DNA from: Thermoplasmata archaeon
GTDB taxonomy: Archaea; Thermoplasmatota; Thermoplasmata; GCA-020350865
Assembly: GCA_020348445.1 (NCBI GenBank)
Contig: CP070751.1
Location: 484,594 to 548,593, forward strand
Direction of reading: 5' to 3'
Length of the DNA stretch: 64,000 nt
The position numbers and the translations under genes are program-made. The notes beneath the pieces are model-generated. The model ran no database searches, had not been told where the DNA came from, and worked only from the letters and a program-made list of their open reading frames with translations. This document shows, piece by piece, positions 1-11,200 of the stretch (position 1 is the first letter of the stretch; the number at the start of each line of letters is the position of its first letter).

Positions 1-3000
1 GCTATGGTAAGACATGCAATCAATAATATTGTAAGATTCAACACCTTTGCATATAATCAATATGGAATATGGATAGAATCTCCTTATGGAAGCGAGGATG
101 CTTTGGCAACAAGAAATAAAATCTATATGAATAACTTCATCGACAATACCATGCAAGGCTATGACGGTGGTTACGACAATCGATGGGACACGGGAAATAT
201 AGGCAATTTCTGGTCCGATTACACTGGTGTTGATTGTGGTGGGATGACATATCCCTGGGATACAAGCGGGAAACACTTGATTGCAGATGATGGTATAGGT
301 GATACTCTGGTTCCCCACATGGTAGATGAGGACAGCGGGGACTACTATCCCATTATTCGATTGAGTGGTTGGATACCAACTGCAGATGCGGGACCAGATC
401 AAACCGTTAACACAGGAAATATAGTATTTTTCAGCGGCATTGGCTCCTGGGATCTTGATGGTTGGATTGTGAACTATACATGGGATTTTGATGATGGCTA
501 TTTGGGTTATGGAATGAATATCACTCATATCTACTTATTTGAAGGTATATATAACGTCACTTTGATGGTAACAGACAATGACGGATTCACTGCAACAGAT
601 TATTGTATCATCATCGTTCTCTCAGCAAATGAACCGCCTGTTGCTAATGTCAATGGTCCTTATTCTGGTGAAGAGGGCTCACCAATAACGTTCGATGCAA
701 GTGGCTCGTATGATATAGATAATGACACTCTCCAATACAGATGGGACCTTGATAACGATGGAATTTGGGATACTGGTTGGTCTTCCAATCCCACCATCCA
801 AAATACCTGGGGTGATGATTATTCAGGCCAGGTTGTTGTGGAAGTAACTGATGGTGAATTTTCCGATACAGCTTCAGCCAGTGTAACCGTACATAATGCT
901 CTACCAGTAGTCGAGGCAGGCTCTGATCAAACAGCCGATGAGGGCGATATTGTATCATTCAGTGGAAGTTTCATTGACCCTGGCTTGTTGGACACACACA
1001 CGATCCTTTGGAGTTTTGGTGATGGGGTCACGATGATTGGCACGCTAAATCCAAATCATATTTATGCAGATAACGGTGACTATGTTGTAATCCTAACTGT
1101 GACAGATGACGATAACGGTGTGGGCAGTGATTCAATGGTCGTGTCTGTTAATAATGTCGCTCCAGATCCTTTTATCTGGGTGATTTCTAGTTTACCTGAT
1201 CCCAAAGAGGGAGAACAGGTTGGATTTACAGGGTATTTCAACGATCCCGGATTTGGGGACACATTCACAATTACCTGGGATTTTGGCGATGGAACGGTAA
1301 TCTCAGGAGATTACTACCATGCCGAGCCAATAAACATTGATTGGTATCTTGAATTGGAAAATCATACATACGGTGATAACGGTAGGTTTACAGTCACGCT
1401 CACCGTGGAGGACGATGACGGTGGAGAGGGAGTTGAAACTTTTACAGCTATTGTGATCAACATCGCACCTACAACCGAACCATTGGGACCTTTTATAATA
1501 AACGAAGGCTCACCCTTTGACCTCATCGCAGTCTCCACAGATCCAGGCAGCGATGATCTGACTTTCACCTGGAACTGGGGGGATGGAACTTCTGATGCCG
1601 TGACTACATATTATAATGATGGTTCTGCACCTGACCCATATCCGAGCCCTTGGGGGACCTATCCTTTTACGGCAACAGATAATGTTTCGCACACCTACGG
1701 CGATAACGGGGTTTATACAGTAACACTAACTGTGGAAGATGACGATGGCGATATTACCACCTACACGACAAACGTAACTGTAATAAATGTCCTTCCAGTA
1801 TTTGATTCTGTCACTGCATCTGGAGGGGACGAAGGGGCCCTGATAACCTACAGTTCCACTGTCACGGATTCGGGCAGTGATGATCTCACATTTACCTGGA
1901 ATTGGGGAGATGGTACCTCGAATACTGTGACTATCTATTACAACGATGGCTCAGGACCTGATCCCTTCCCGAGTCCATTGGGGACCTATCCTTTTACGGC
2001 AACAGATACAATTTCGCATACCTACGGTGATAATGGAGTATATTTAATAACTCTAACTGTAGAAGATGATGACAATGGAACAAACACATACTCAACCAAT
2101 GTCACCATAAACAATATTGCTCCAACAATAGATTCTACTACATTACCTGGAGGGGATGAAGGTGATGTATTAACCTATATCTCAACAGCCATGGACCAAG
2201 GAAGCGACGATCTCACATTCACCTGGAGTTGGGGAGATGGAACCTCGAATACTGTGACTATCTATTACAACGACGGCTCAGGACCTGATCCGTATCCGAG
2301 TCCATGGGGGACCTATCCTTTTACGGCAACAGATACAGTCCAGCATACATATGGAGATAATGGAGTGTACACCCTGATAATGACCATTGAGGATGATGAC
2401 TATGGGATTTTCAACTACACGACAAATATAACGGTAAACAATGTCGCACCCACGATAAATTCCATCACAGCACCGAATGGAGATGAGGGGGCCCTTTTAA
2501 CATTCAGCTCTATTGCCACAGACAAAGGAAGTGACGACTTAACGTTCACCTGGAATTGGGGAGACGGAACCTCAGAATCTGTGACTATCTATTACAACGA
2601 TGGTTCAGGACCTGATCCCTTCCCGAGCCCATGGGGGACCTACCCATTTACTGCATCAGATTCAGTTCAACATATCTATGGTGATAATGGAGTATACTCA
2701 ATTACCCTGACTGTAGAAGATGACGATGATGGCTTGATTACTTACACAACCAATGTAACCATTGAAAATGTTGCACCTACAATAGATTCTGCTACAACCC
2801 CAGGAGGAGATGAAGGTGCAGTTTTAACATACATATCTACATCCACAGATCCCGGTAGTGATGATCTGACATTCACCTGGAATTGGGGAGATGGAACCTC
2901 TGATACAATCACGATTTATTACAACGATGGCTCTGGACCTGATCCATTCCCGAGCCCATTGGGAACGTATCCATTTACAGCTACGGACACACAGCAACAT

Positions 3001-4440
3001 ACATATGGCGACAATGGTGATTACACAATAATCCTAACGGTGGAGGATGATGATAGGGGGACAACCACCTACATAACAAATATCACAATATACAATGTTG
3101 CACCAACCATAGATTATACAACGACACCAGGAGGGAACGAGGGAGCTGTCTTGACGTATATATCAGAAGCCACAGATCCAGGTAGTGACGATTTGACATT
3201 TACCTGGGACTGGGGAGATGGAACCTCAGATTCTGTGACTGTTTATTACAATGATGGTGCTAACCCTGATCCCTATCCAAGCCCATGGGGAACTTATCCA
3301 TTTACCGCCACGGATATGGTGGAGCATATCTATGGAGACAATGGGGTTTACACAATCACCCTGACCGTGGTAGATGATGATAATGGGGAAACATCCTACA
3401 CAACAAATGTAACAATTGATAATGTAGCACCAACAATAACGCCCTTTGGTCCATTTTCTATTGATGAAGGCTCGCCTTTGGACCTTACTGCAATATCAAC
3501 TGACCCAGGCAGCGATGATTTGATGTTTACTTGGGTGTTTGAAATGGGATCAACAATTACGAATGTTCACTACAACGACGGTTCCGGGCCTGATCCATAT
3601 CCGAGCCCATGGGGAACTTTCCCCTTCTCAGTTTCAGATATGGTTGAGCATTCCTATGGTGATGACGGTGTTTACACCCTTACCTTGACTGTCGAGGATG
3701 ACGATGATGGAATAGCATCATACACCACCACGATAACAGTTAATAATGTGGCACCGACTATAGAGAATGTTGAGGCTTACATTCTTATTGACTTCAAATT
3801 GCGAATTGCAGGTGAGAAATGGCATGATGTCACGATGTTTGTATACAAGGATGATGAGGAGATTGGTAATATAAGCGTCGTTCGATATCCTGGTAACCCG
3901 GACGAACAAAGCGTAACCCTCTCTAATGTGAAATGCGATGTGACAAAAGCATTTACAGTCAAAATATTATACACACCTGATAACGATCCTGTTAACGGCC
4001 AGCCAAATGGTGCAACCCCAGTTTGGGTAACCATTGACTTTGAGGATGGAGAAGATATACGTCTACACCATACCTGTAATGTTAGACATCCAGAGACCTG
4101 GGAATGGAACATAGGAGTTAACCAGTACATTATAGGACATAAGATAACTTTCGAAGCCGAAGCATCAGATCAGGGCAGTGATGATTTGACCTTCTCCTGG
4201 GAATGGGGAGATGGATGTCCCCTTACTGAGACACTTTGCTGCAACGACGGCATAAGCCCTGAGCCTTTTTATGACCCGATACTAAATAAGGTAAGAAGCC
4301 CCTGGGGAACCTGCCCATTTTCGGCATTAGATGTGAAAAAGCATACGTTCTCAACTGGGGGAAATCATTCTGTAACATTAACGGTGACTGATGACGATGG
4401 CGGGGTGGATGTGATTGTGGTTATTGTGATTATTGGTTAG
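1..4440 (+). CDS. PKD/Ig-repeat cell-surface protein, 5'-truncated by the window edge (end of a NosD/CASH beta-helix, then about 12 PKD domains)
   Basis: Frame is open from base 1. Begins with beta-helix-type text (NNIVRFN..YNQYGIWI..N.IYMNNFIDN..GN.WSDY). Then repeated YTWDFDDG/FTWNWGDG and HTYGDNGVYTVTLTVEDDD PKD motifs. Confidence 0.88.
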   Translation, partial: AMVRHAINNIVRFNTFAYNQYGIWIESPYGSEDALATRNKIYMNNFIDNTMQGYDGGYDNRWDTGNIGNFWSDYTGVDCGGMTYPWDTSGKHLIADDGIGDTLVPHMVDEDSGDYYPIIRLSGWIPTADAGPDQTVNTGNIVFFSGIGSWDLDGWIVNYTWDFDDGYLGYGMNITHIYLFEGIYNVTLMVTDNDGFTATDYCIIIVLSANEPPVANVNGPYSGEEGSPITFDASGSYDIDNDTLQYRWDLDNDGIWDTGWSSNPTIQNTWGDDYSGQVVVEVTDGEFSDTASASVTVHNALPVVEAGSDQTADEGDIVSFSGSFIDPGLLDTHTILWSFGDGVTMIGTLNPNHIYADNGDYVVILTVTDDDNGVGSDSMVVSVNNVAPDPFIWVISSLPDPKEGEQVGFTGYFNDPGFGDTFTITWDFGDGTVISGDYYHAEPINIDWYLELENHTYGDNGRFTVTLTVEDDDGGEGVETFTAIVINIAPTTEPLGPFIINEGSPFDLIAVSTDPGSDDLTFTWNWGDGTSDAVTTYYNDGSAPDPYPSPWGTYPFTATDNVSHTYGDNGVYTVTLTVEDDDGDITTYTTNVTVINVLPVFDSVTASGGDEGALITYSSTVTDSGSDDLTFTWNWGDGTSNTVTIYYNDGSGPDPFPSPLGTYPFTATDTISHTYGDNGVYLITLTVEDDDNGTNTYSTNVTINNIAPTIDSTTLPGGDEGDVLTYISTAMDQGSDDLTFTWSWGDGTSNTVTIYYNDGSGPDPYPSPWGTYPFTATDTVQHTYGDNGVYTLIMTIEDDDYGIFNYTTNITVNNVAPTINSITAPNGDEGALLTFSSIATDKGSDDLTFTWNWGDGTSESVTIYYNDGSGPDPFPSPWGTYPFTASDSVQHIYGDNGVYSITLTVEDDDDGLITYTTNVTIENVAPTIDSATTPGGDEGAVLTYISTSTDPGSDDLTFTWNWGDGTSDTITIYYNDGSGPDPFPSPLGTYPFTATDTQQHTYGDNGDYTIILTVEDDDRGTTTYITNITIYNVAPTIDYTTTPGGNEGAVLTYISEATDPGSDDLTFTWDWGDGTSDSVTVYYNDGANPDPYPSPWGTYPFTATDMVEHIYGDNGVYTITLTVVDDDNGETSYTTNVTIDNVAPTITPFGPFSIDEGSPLDLTAISTDPGSDDLMFTWVFEMGSTITNVHYNDGSGPDPYPSPWGTFPFSVSDMVEHSYGDDGVYTLTLTVEDDDDGIASYTTTITVNNVAPTIENVEAYILIDFKLRIAGEKWHDVTMFVYKDDEEIGNISVVRYPGNPDEQSVTLSNVKCDVTKAFTVKILYTPDNDPVNGQPNGATPVWVTIDFEDGEDIRLHHTCNVRHPETWEWNIGVNQYIIGHKITFEAEASDQGSDDLTFSWEWGDGCPLTETLCCNDGISPEPFYDPILNKVRSPWGTCPFSALDVKKHTFSTGGNHSVTLTVTDDDGGVDVIVVIVIIG
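1500..3760 (+). repeat. Intragenic tandem array of seven ~327-bp (109-aa) PKD units, each with a Pro-rich NDGSGPDP(Y/F)PSP(W/L)GTYPF insert
   Basis: The NDG codon recurs at 1615, 1942, 2269, 2596, 2923, 3250 and 3574 (period 327, last 324). A divergent eighth copy is at 4243. Confidence 0.92.
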
Positions 4441-4554
4441 AGGATAACTATCGCTGCTTGGCAAGTTATCAAAAATTTAGCAACAAAAAGAGTTACTAGA
4501 AGGGACTATCTAGCTTTTACTGAACATTAAAGGTTATATTTCAATTTTCAGTCT

Positions 4555-4752
4555 TCCTCAAAAACCTAAAAATACTTCTAAGCCCATCCCCCTCCATTGG
4601 AGGGAATTCTCATGGCCGAATCGAACCTAGAAAGCCCAGTGTGTCCCCTGGAATACAGATACGGAAGAGACAGGATGAAGGCCATATTCACCGAGGCCAA
4701 CAAGCTTGCCAAGTTTTTGGAGGTTGAGGCGGCTTTGGCCGAGGCCCATGCT
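4555..4752 (+). repeat. Direct repeat copy 1 (198 bp): purB promoter, RBS and codons 1-47; partner at 23439-23636
   Basis: Manual alignment at offset 18,884 gives no gaps and 8 mismatches in 198 bp. Confidence 0.97.
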
Positions 4753-4764
4753 CACCATTGCTGA
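4612..4764 (+). pseudogene. purB: Truncated purB fragment (47 purB codons + HHC-stop)
   Basis: Translates MAESNLESPVCPLEYRYGRDRMKAIFTEANKLAKFLEVEAALAEAHA-HHC*. It matches the intact PurB N-terminus except for one R/K change. Confidence 0.93.
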
Positions 4765-4813
4765 TAATGACGACGGGCGTGAGATTTTTGTGGTGATTGT
4801 GGTTATAAGTTAG
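4751..4813 (+). pseudogene. 3'-terminal remnant of a PKD-protein gene paralogous/orthologous to the 1-4440 gene
   Basis: Reads LTIADNDDGREIFVVIVVIS* versus LTVTDDDGGVDVIVVIVIIG* at 4378-4440. Both read TAG-AGGA at the stop. Confidence 0.75.
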
Positions 4814-5238
4814 AGGAGAGAAGAATCCTCAAAGAAATCATATATCAATCTCATATTGATTCTGACCTAAATTAGAAATCTGAAATGTGGCTAGTATTCT
4901 CCACGATCAAGTAGAGTAAGGGCCAGCTTTGGGTTTATATAAGAAATACTTATTTTTATTATATAATATTTATAATATTTTATAATATAATAGTAATATT
5001 TTAATATTAATAACCCGATTAGGTAAAAGGAGAGAACTGGGTAATATGTGAAATAAAGGGGGTACGAGGTCTTTATCAAATGCAAAGAGGTTTACAACAA
5101 AACCTTCTTATTTTCACCTACCAAGTAGAAAACTCTCACTTATATATCATATAGGAGGGAGACGAAGATGAGCCCGAAAGAAAGAGATTTTTTTCTACAT
5201 ATTAGCGTGTTAAATTGTGACACGAAGGAGTTGATCCA

Positions 5239-8200
5239 ATGAGTTCTGAAGAAAATAGGTTAAGGAGGTACAAAAATAGGGCGAAGATGGCCTTTGCTGT
5301 GACTGTTGTGGCGATATTGCTGATTCAGGCATTTTCTGTGGCAGTTACACCAATGGACATCTATGTGGATGTAAACACAGATCTGCCCTATACGAAAACG
5401 TTTGATGGAGAATATCACATATATCTTCATCTGGAAAATGTGACTGAAAAGACCATTTTGGTAGTGACTTTCACTGGAGCCGATCCCGATACCGGAAACA
5501 ATTTTGGCTCTTTGGGTGCAATAGACGACGAGAACACGATATTTGTGTTCACGATCCTTATAGACACCTTGATCGAGTTTGAAACAAACGACGGCATGAC
5601 AATGAAGATAGAGAAGATCGATTTGGAGGATCCGGTGAAAGCTCTGTCCGATTGTACAATCAAGGGTTATACTTACGAGGAGAGGTACAGGAATAACTCT
5701 GCAATGATATCATTGCCTGATGCCGATGTGAATTACTATAATGTCACTGTTTCACCTGATTTAACTTTATTTTTAATAACAGATGGCAGGATCTCCTTAA
5801 TAGAGGATGTGGATGTGAAAGAGACATTCGAGCTTCCTCCCAAGACTGACCATGTGATAGTCCGATCAGAAAATGAGGAATATTTTACAATGAAAGTGGA
5901 ACCTAGGACGTATGAGCCCTCTGAGTTTAACCTTCCTCCAGAGGCGGTTTGCGGGCTTGACCAAACAGTTTATCTAGGGGAGGAGGTAGTGTTCAATGCC
6001 TCCCATTCCAATGACTGGGACGGTTATATTGCCCAGTACGATTGGAACTTCGGCGATGGCAGCTCGGGTTCTGGTAAAGAAGTGTCCCACACATATTATG
6101 ATCCAGGCCTTTACCCAGTTACTTTGTTTGTTACAGACGATGACGGTGACTCTGATTCAGATAACCTCATTGTGACAGTACTTAATAAACCGCCCTCAGT
6201 TGATGCAAATGCCGTGGTTTCTGGTATGACAGCGACTTTTACTGCCACGGCTGTGGACTACGAGAATGTCACGTACTTCTGGGAATTTGGAGACGGTGCA
6301 ACATCAGAAGAACAGAATCCAGTCCATATCTACCAGAAAATGGGAACCTACCCAGTGAAGCTCACATGCACTGACGAGCACGGAACATCGGGCTACGACT
6401 GGCTCTATGTCGAGGTCACAAATACCCCACCTGTGGTGGATGCAAGGGGGCCGTATGTTGGCTATGAAGGATCCCCTGTTGCTTTCTTTGGCTACGCCTT
6501 TGATGCCGAGTCCACCAACCTTATCTACGAATGGGATCTCGACGGGGATGGCTTTGTGGATTCAACACTTCAGAATCCGACATGGACATGGTACGACGAC
6601 TACGAAGGCGAAGTCACTCTCACTGTAACAGATGAGGGAGGAGCCTCTGCCTCTGATACGGCTCATGTCAGTGTGTTGAACGAGGATCCCATTGTGACAA
6701 TAAGCGAGGTTTATACATTAGTTGATTTCAAATTGACAATTGCAGGGGAAAAATGGAATAAAATCGATTTCATATTGCTACATGGCGACGAGGAGGTCTT
6801 AAAAAGAACACTTATGAGGGAGACTGGCAAGCCCCAGACACTTACAATTACTGATGCGTATGTCGATTTCACAGGCAATACAACTGCAAGGGTGATTTAC
6901 AAACCAGAAGAGGATCCACCCAAGGGAACACCCTATGGAGCAAATCCTGTGCAGATGAGGATTATTTTTAAGGACGGCACTGTATATGAGCTGAAACACA
7001 CTTTTCGTACAAGTGCAAATACAGGCCTTGATGCGCAGATATGGGATGTCGTTGTCAATCCTTATGTCCACGGTCACGAGCTGACATACGTCGCCATTGC
7101 ATCAGATGTCGGTGTCTTTGACCTTCTGACTTTCACATGGGATTTTGGTGACGGAACAGTTGTTTCACACAGCGGGTACATTGGCTATGGTGAAGATACA
7201 GCCAGGTACACCCATACCAGCTCAGGAACATACACCATATCTGTTCTGGTGGAGGACGGTGATGGAGGTATGGGCTCCGACAGTGTTACATATACATTTG
7301 ACATCGATGAGGGCGGCGGAGGAGGAGGCTTTGTGAACAATCCTCCAATTGCCTCGGCTTCATGCGATAAAACTACAGCGGCAGAGGACGAGGTCATATA
7401 TTTCTCATCTGCAGGAACCTCGGATCCCGATGGTCATTCACTGACATATTACTGGAATTTCGGAGACGGGGACATCAGTGATTTAGCCAATCCGCATCAC
7501 TCCTATTCACGCTCGGGAACATATAACGTGAGGCTGTGGGTTTTTGACTCCTATGGCGCCCTTGACACTGCTGATTTGACAATCACTGTTTATAACGTGC
7601 CACCCACTGCCTCTGCAGGTGATGATGTGAGTGTATTCGAGGATGAGCTTGTAATATTTGATGGCTCCCTTTCTTATGACACCCCCTCTGACAGGCTGAA
7701 GCTCAAGTATTACTGGGACTTCGGCGATGGAATGTACGCCAACGGCATGGTTGTAAACCATACATATCACAACGAAGGGACGTACATCGTCACTCTGACT
7801 GTGGAGGACGACAACGGCATCACGTCAAATGACACGCTTTTGGTGACTGTGACTAACATTCCTCCATCTGTTGATGCCGGTTCAGATATGGAGGTGCTCG
7901 GGAGCAATGTTTATTTCTATGGTATTGTGGATGATACTGTCTCTGATATGCCCCTTTTAGTTTATACTTGGGACTTTGGAGATGGCAGCAATTCCAGTAC
8001 GCCAATTGCACTTCATTCATATTCTTTCTCTGGAACTTATACAGCTACATTGACTGCTGTTGACGATAATGGGGCCTCGATTTCAGACTCCATTGAAGTT
8101 ATTGTCCATATGGACGCAGATTCCGACGGAATGCTGGACGAGTGGGAGATGTTATACGGCCTTGACCCCAACGATGGCACCGGAGATAATGGACCTAATG

Positions 8201-11200
8201 GCGATCCCGATAATGATGGTCTGAGTAATTTTGAAGAATATGAATATGGCACAGATCCCATGGACTTTGACACAGATGATGATGGCCTTGGTGATGGAGA
8301 TGAGACTGGAACCTATTTGATATCGCCACTTGATTCGGACAACGATGACGACGGTCTTGACGATTCCGAGGTCATTGATTGGTTCTATTACTGCAACATC
8401 ACCATCAACGTTACATTTTTTGATTCAGAAGGAAGCTATTCTTTCAACTGGACTAAATGGCCAAAGGAAACATACAGGGCCACGATATTAGCCGAGTTTA
8501 TTTCTGGAGAGGAAAACAATACAATCAACATTTCAGTGGACGGCTCTCTTGTAACCTATGATGAGGTCCATGACGGTTTGAATGTCACATACACGGTCGA
8601 ATTTACTCTGGGTGATGTTCTGCAATTCGATTCTGCAATTACCGAGTTCGGAGTAATTGAGCTTTTAATAAAGAACATGACAGTGGAGAAAAAGGGTTTA
8701 GATCCCCTTTCCGATGATACGGATGGTGACGGCCTAAGTGACTATGAAGAGTTCGAGTTAGGCCTTGCCCCAGGTAATGTGGATTCAGATGATGACCTTA
8801 TATGGGACAGCGTGGAGATCGAATACTGGCAATTATTTGGATTTACCGAAGAGGAGGCTGTGAGCATGGCCAAGATAGGGGATTTTGATTCCGACGATCT
8901 ATCAGATGGTCTGGAGATTCTCTTCAATATCGATCCCCTTGATCCGGACCCTGACGGCGATGGTATGAATGACTGGGCCGAGCTTTTCCAGTACATACCC
9001 ATGATAATACAAAAGATGAACATGACCCTTGAGAACGACTCATTGACCCTGTATTTCGATATCGAGGACAAGGATGATTACATGATCAAATTCGTAAAGG
9101 GCGAGGGAAACAGCACCATCACCATAACACTGAATGGTGCGCAAAGGAGCTTTGAATCAGGTGTGGGGTATTATATGTTCACAGAGAAGCTTTTTCCCGA
9201 TAATTACACCTTGGTTTTCAGTATAATAGGTAGTGTCCTTTTGGAGGAGTTCATCGTCTATAGAATGGGACTTCATCCGTTTAAGACCGATTGGGACGAA
9301 GATGGACTTGAGGATGGCATGGAGGTTAAGCTCGGTGCAAATCCGTACAAAGAAGATACGGATGGGGACGGACTTACAGATGGTGACGAATATCATAAGT
9401 ATGAAACTGATCCGACAAAGTACGATTCCGACGATGACGGCCTCTCTGATTACGAGGAACTTACAAAGGGTATCGATGATCTTCTCACCGATCCCATGAA
9501 TCCTGATACAGATTCAGATGGTCTTTGGGATGGCTATACCATAGGCGGACATTATGGGGAGCTCAGTTATGGGGCAAATGCAACAGATCCCGATTCTGAT
9601 GATGACACCATGCCCGACGGCTGGGAGGTGAAATACGGCCTTAATCCCATAGATTCCTCAGATGCCACACTTGATAAGGACTGGGATGGGCTTGACAACG
9701 CCCAGGAGTACACAGTGGAAACTACAGTTGATGACAGTGATACAGATGATGACGGTCTTGTTGATGGCGATGAGATTATGGGGGTACTTTTCAGGACAAA
9801 TATCGTGGATGGCGCATCCAGTACCGATTACTATGATAAACAAAATGGCGACAAGTGGATCGTCTGGGATGGTTCTGGGTATGGATTTGAAAGCACAAGC
9901 GGATCTGATCTTGTGGAGGCTGAAACAAAGATAGCATATGGAACTGGAAATCAGCACTCACCCCATATTTACGGTGATCAAATCGTTTATGTGGATGATT
10001 CCGACGGTGACAATGATATCTATCTGCATAATATATCCAATGGAACAACGTTGAAGATTACGAAGGATATCCATAAACAGGAAAGTCCGGTAATATACGG
10101 AAACTATATCGTGTGGGTGGATTGGAGAAGTGGTGCAGATTCAGACATCTATATGTTTGATATCGAGGAATTTGAAGAGACCCAGATAACCTCAGGAAAT
10201 GGCAATCAGAAGAATCCGTACATCCATGAAAACCGGATAGTATGGGAGGATTACAGAAATGCTTCAACTGGAGCCGATATCTTCACCTACAATATAAAGG
10301 TGAACTTAACATCCCGTATAACCAACAGCTCGGCTGATCAGAAGAATCCCAGTATTTTCGGTGATAACATAGTTTGGGTGGATATGCGACACGGTACATC
10401 CGAGATATATGCTAACAGGGATGGCAGCGAGGTTCGCATCACAAACGACTCATATACACAACACAGTCCTGTTTTGGAACAGAACCTGGTCTTCTGGGTG
10501 GATGAACGGGAAAGCGACACTGAGATTTTCGCATTCAATTTGTTAAATGGTTTAACTACAAGGATTACCGATGACAATGATAACCAACGTAATCCCGCAA
10601 TCTCAGGCAACAAGATAACGTGGGAGACAGATGTGAACGGCAACTGGGATATTTACCTAAACGATTTAACAACAGGTCTTGGGCTTAGGATCACCAACAA
10701 CACCAGCTCGCAAGAAAAGCCCTCCATATCTGAAGATACGGTGGTCTGGCAGGACTTCAGACACGGCTCGTGGGATGTCATGATGTTCGCCTGCGAGCTT
10801 TTGATATCTCTAGCTTCTGGGGCGCCTGTTTACAAACACAGGGACAGGGATGAGATATATGTGTGGAAGCCAACGTCCACTTTCTTCAAATTTACTCCCA
10901 CGACACTGGATTCCAGCCTCAAGGTTAACGAGCCTCTGCACGGTTACAAGAAGCAGGAACTTTACGATGGACCAGATCCCTTTAATTTCGACAGCGACGG
11001 CGACGGTGTCATCGATGGTCACGAACCCGACTGGGACCTTGATACTGATTCAGATGGAATTATCGATTCTTTGGACACGGACAGCGATGGTGATGGTGTT
11101 CCCGACAATGAGGAGGTAAAGGTGGGCTATAGAACAAATGCTGAGAATGGCGAGTATGACGAAGATTCCTGGGTTGCTGTGGATATCAACGTTGACGACG

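Noticed and set aside
4891-5085. 64-aa minus-strand ORF rich in Y/I/K
   Set aside because: Translation of the AT-rich low-complexity tract.
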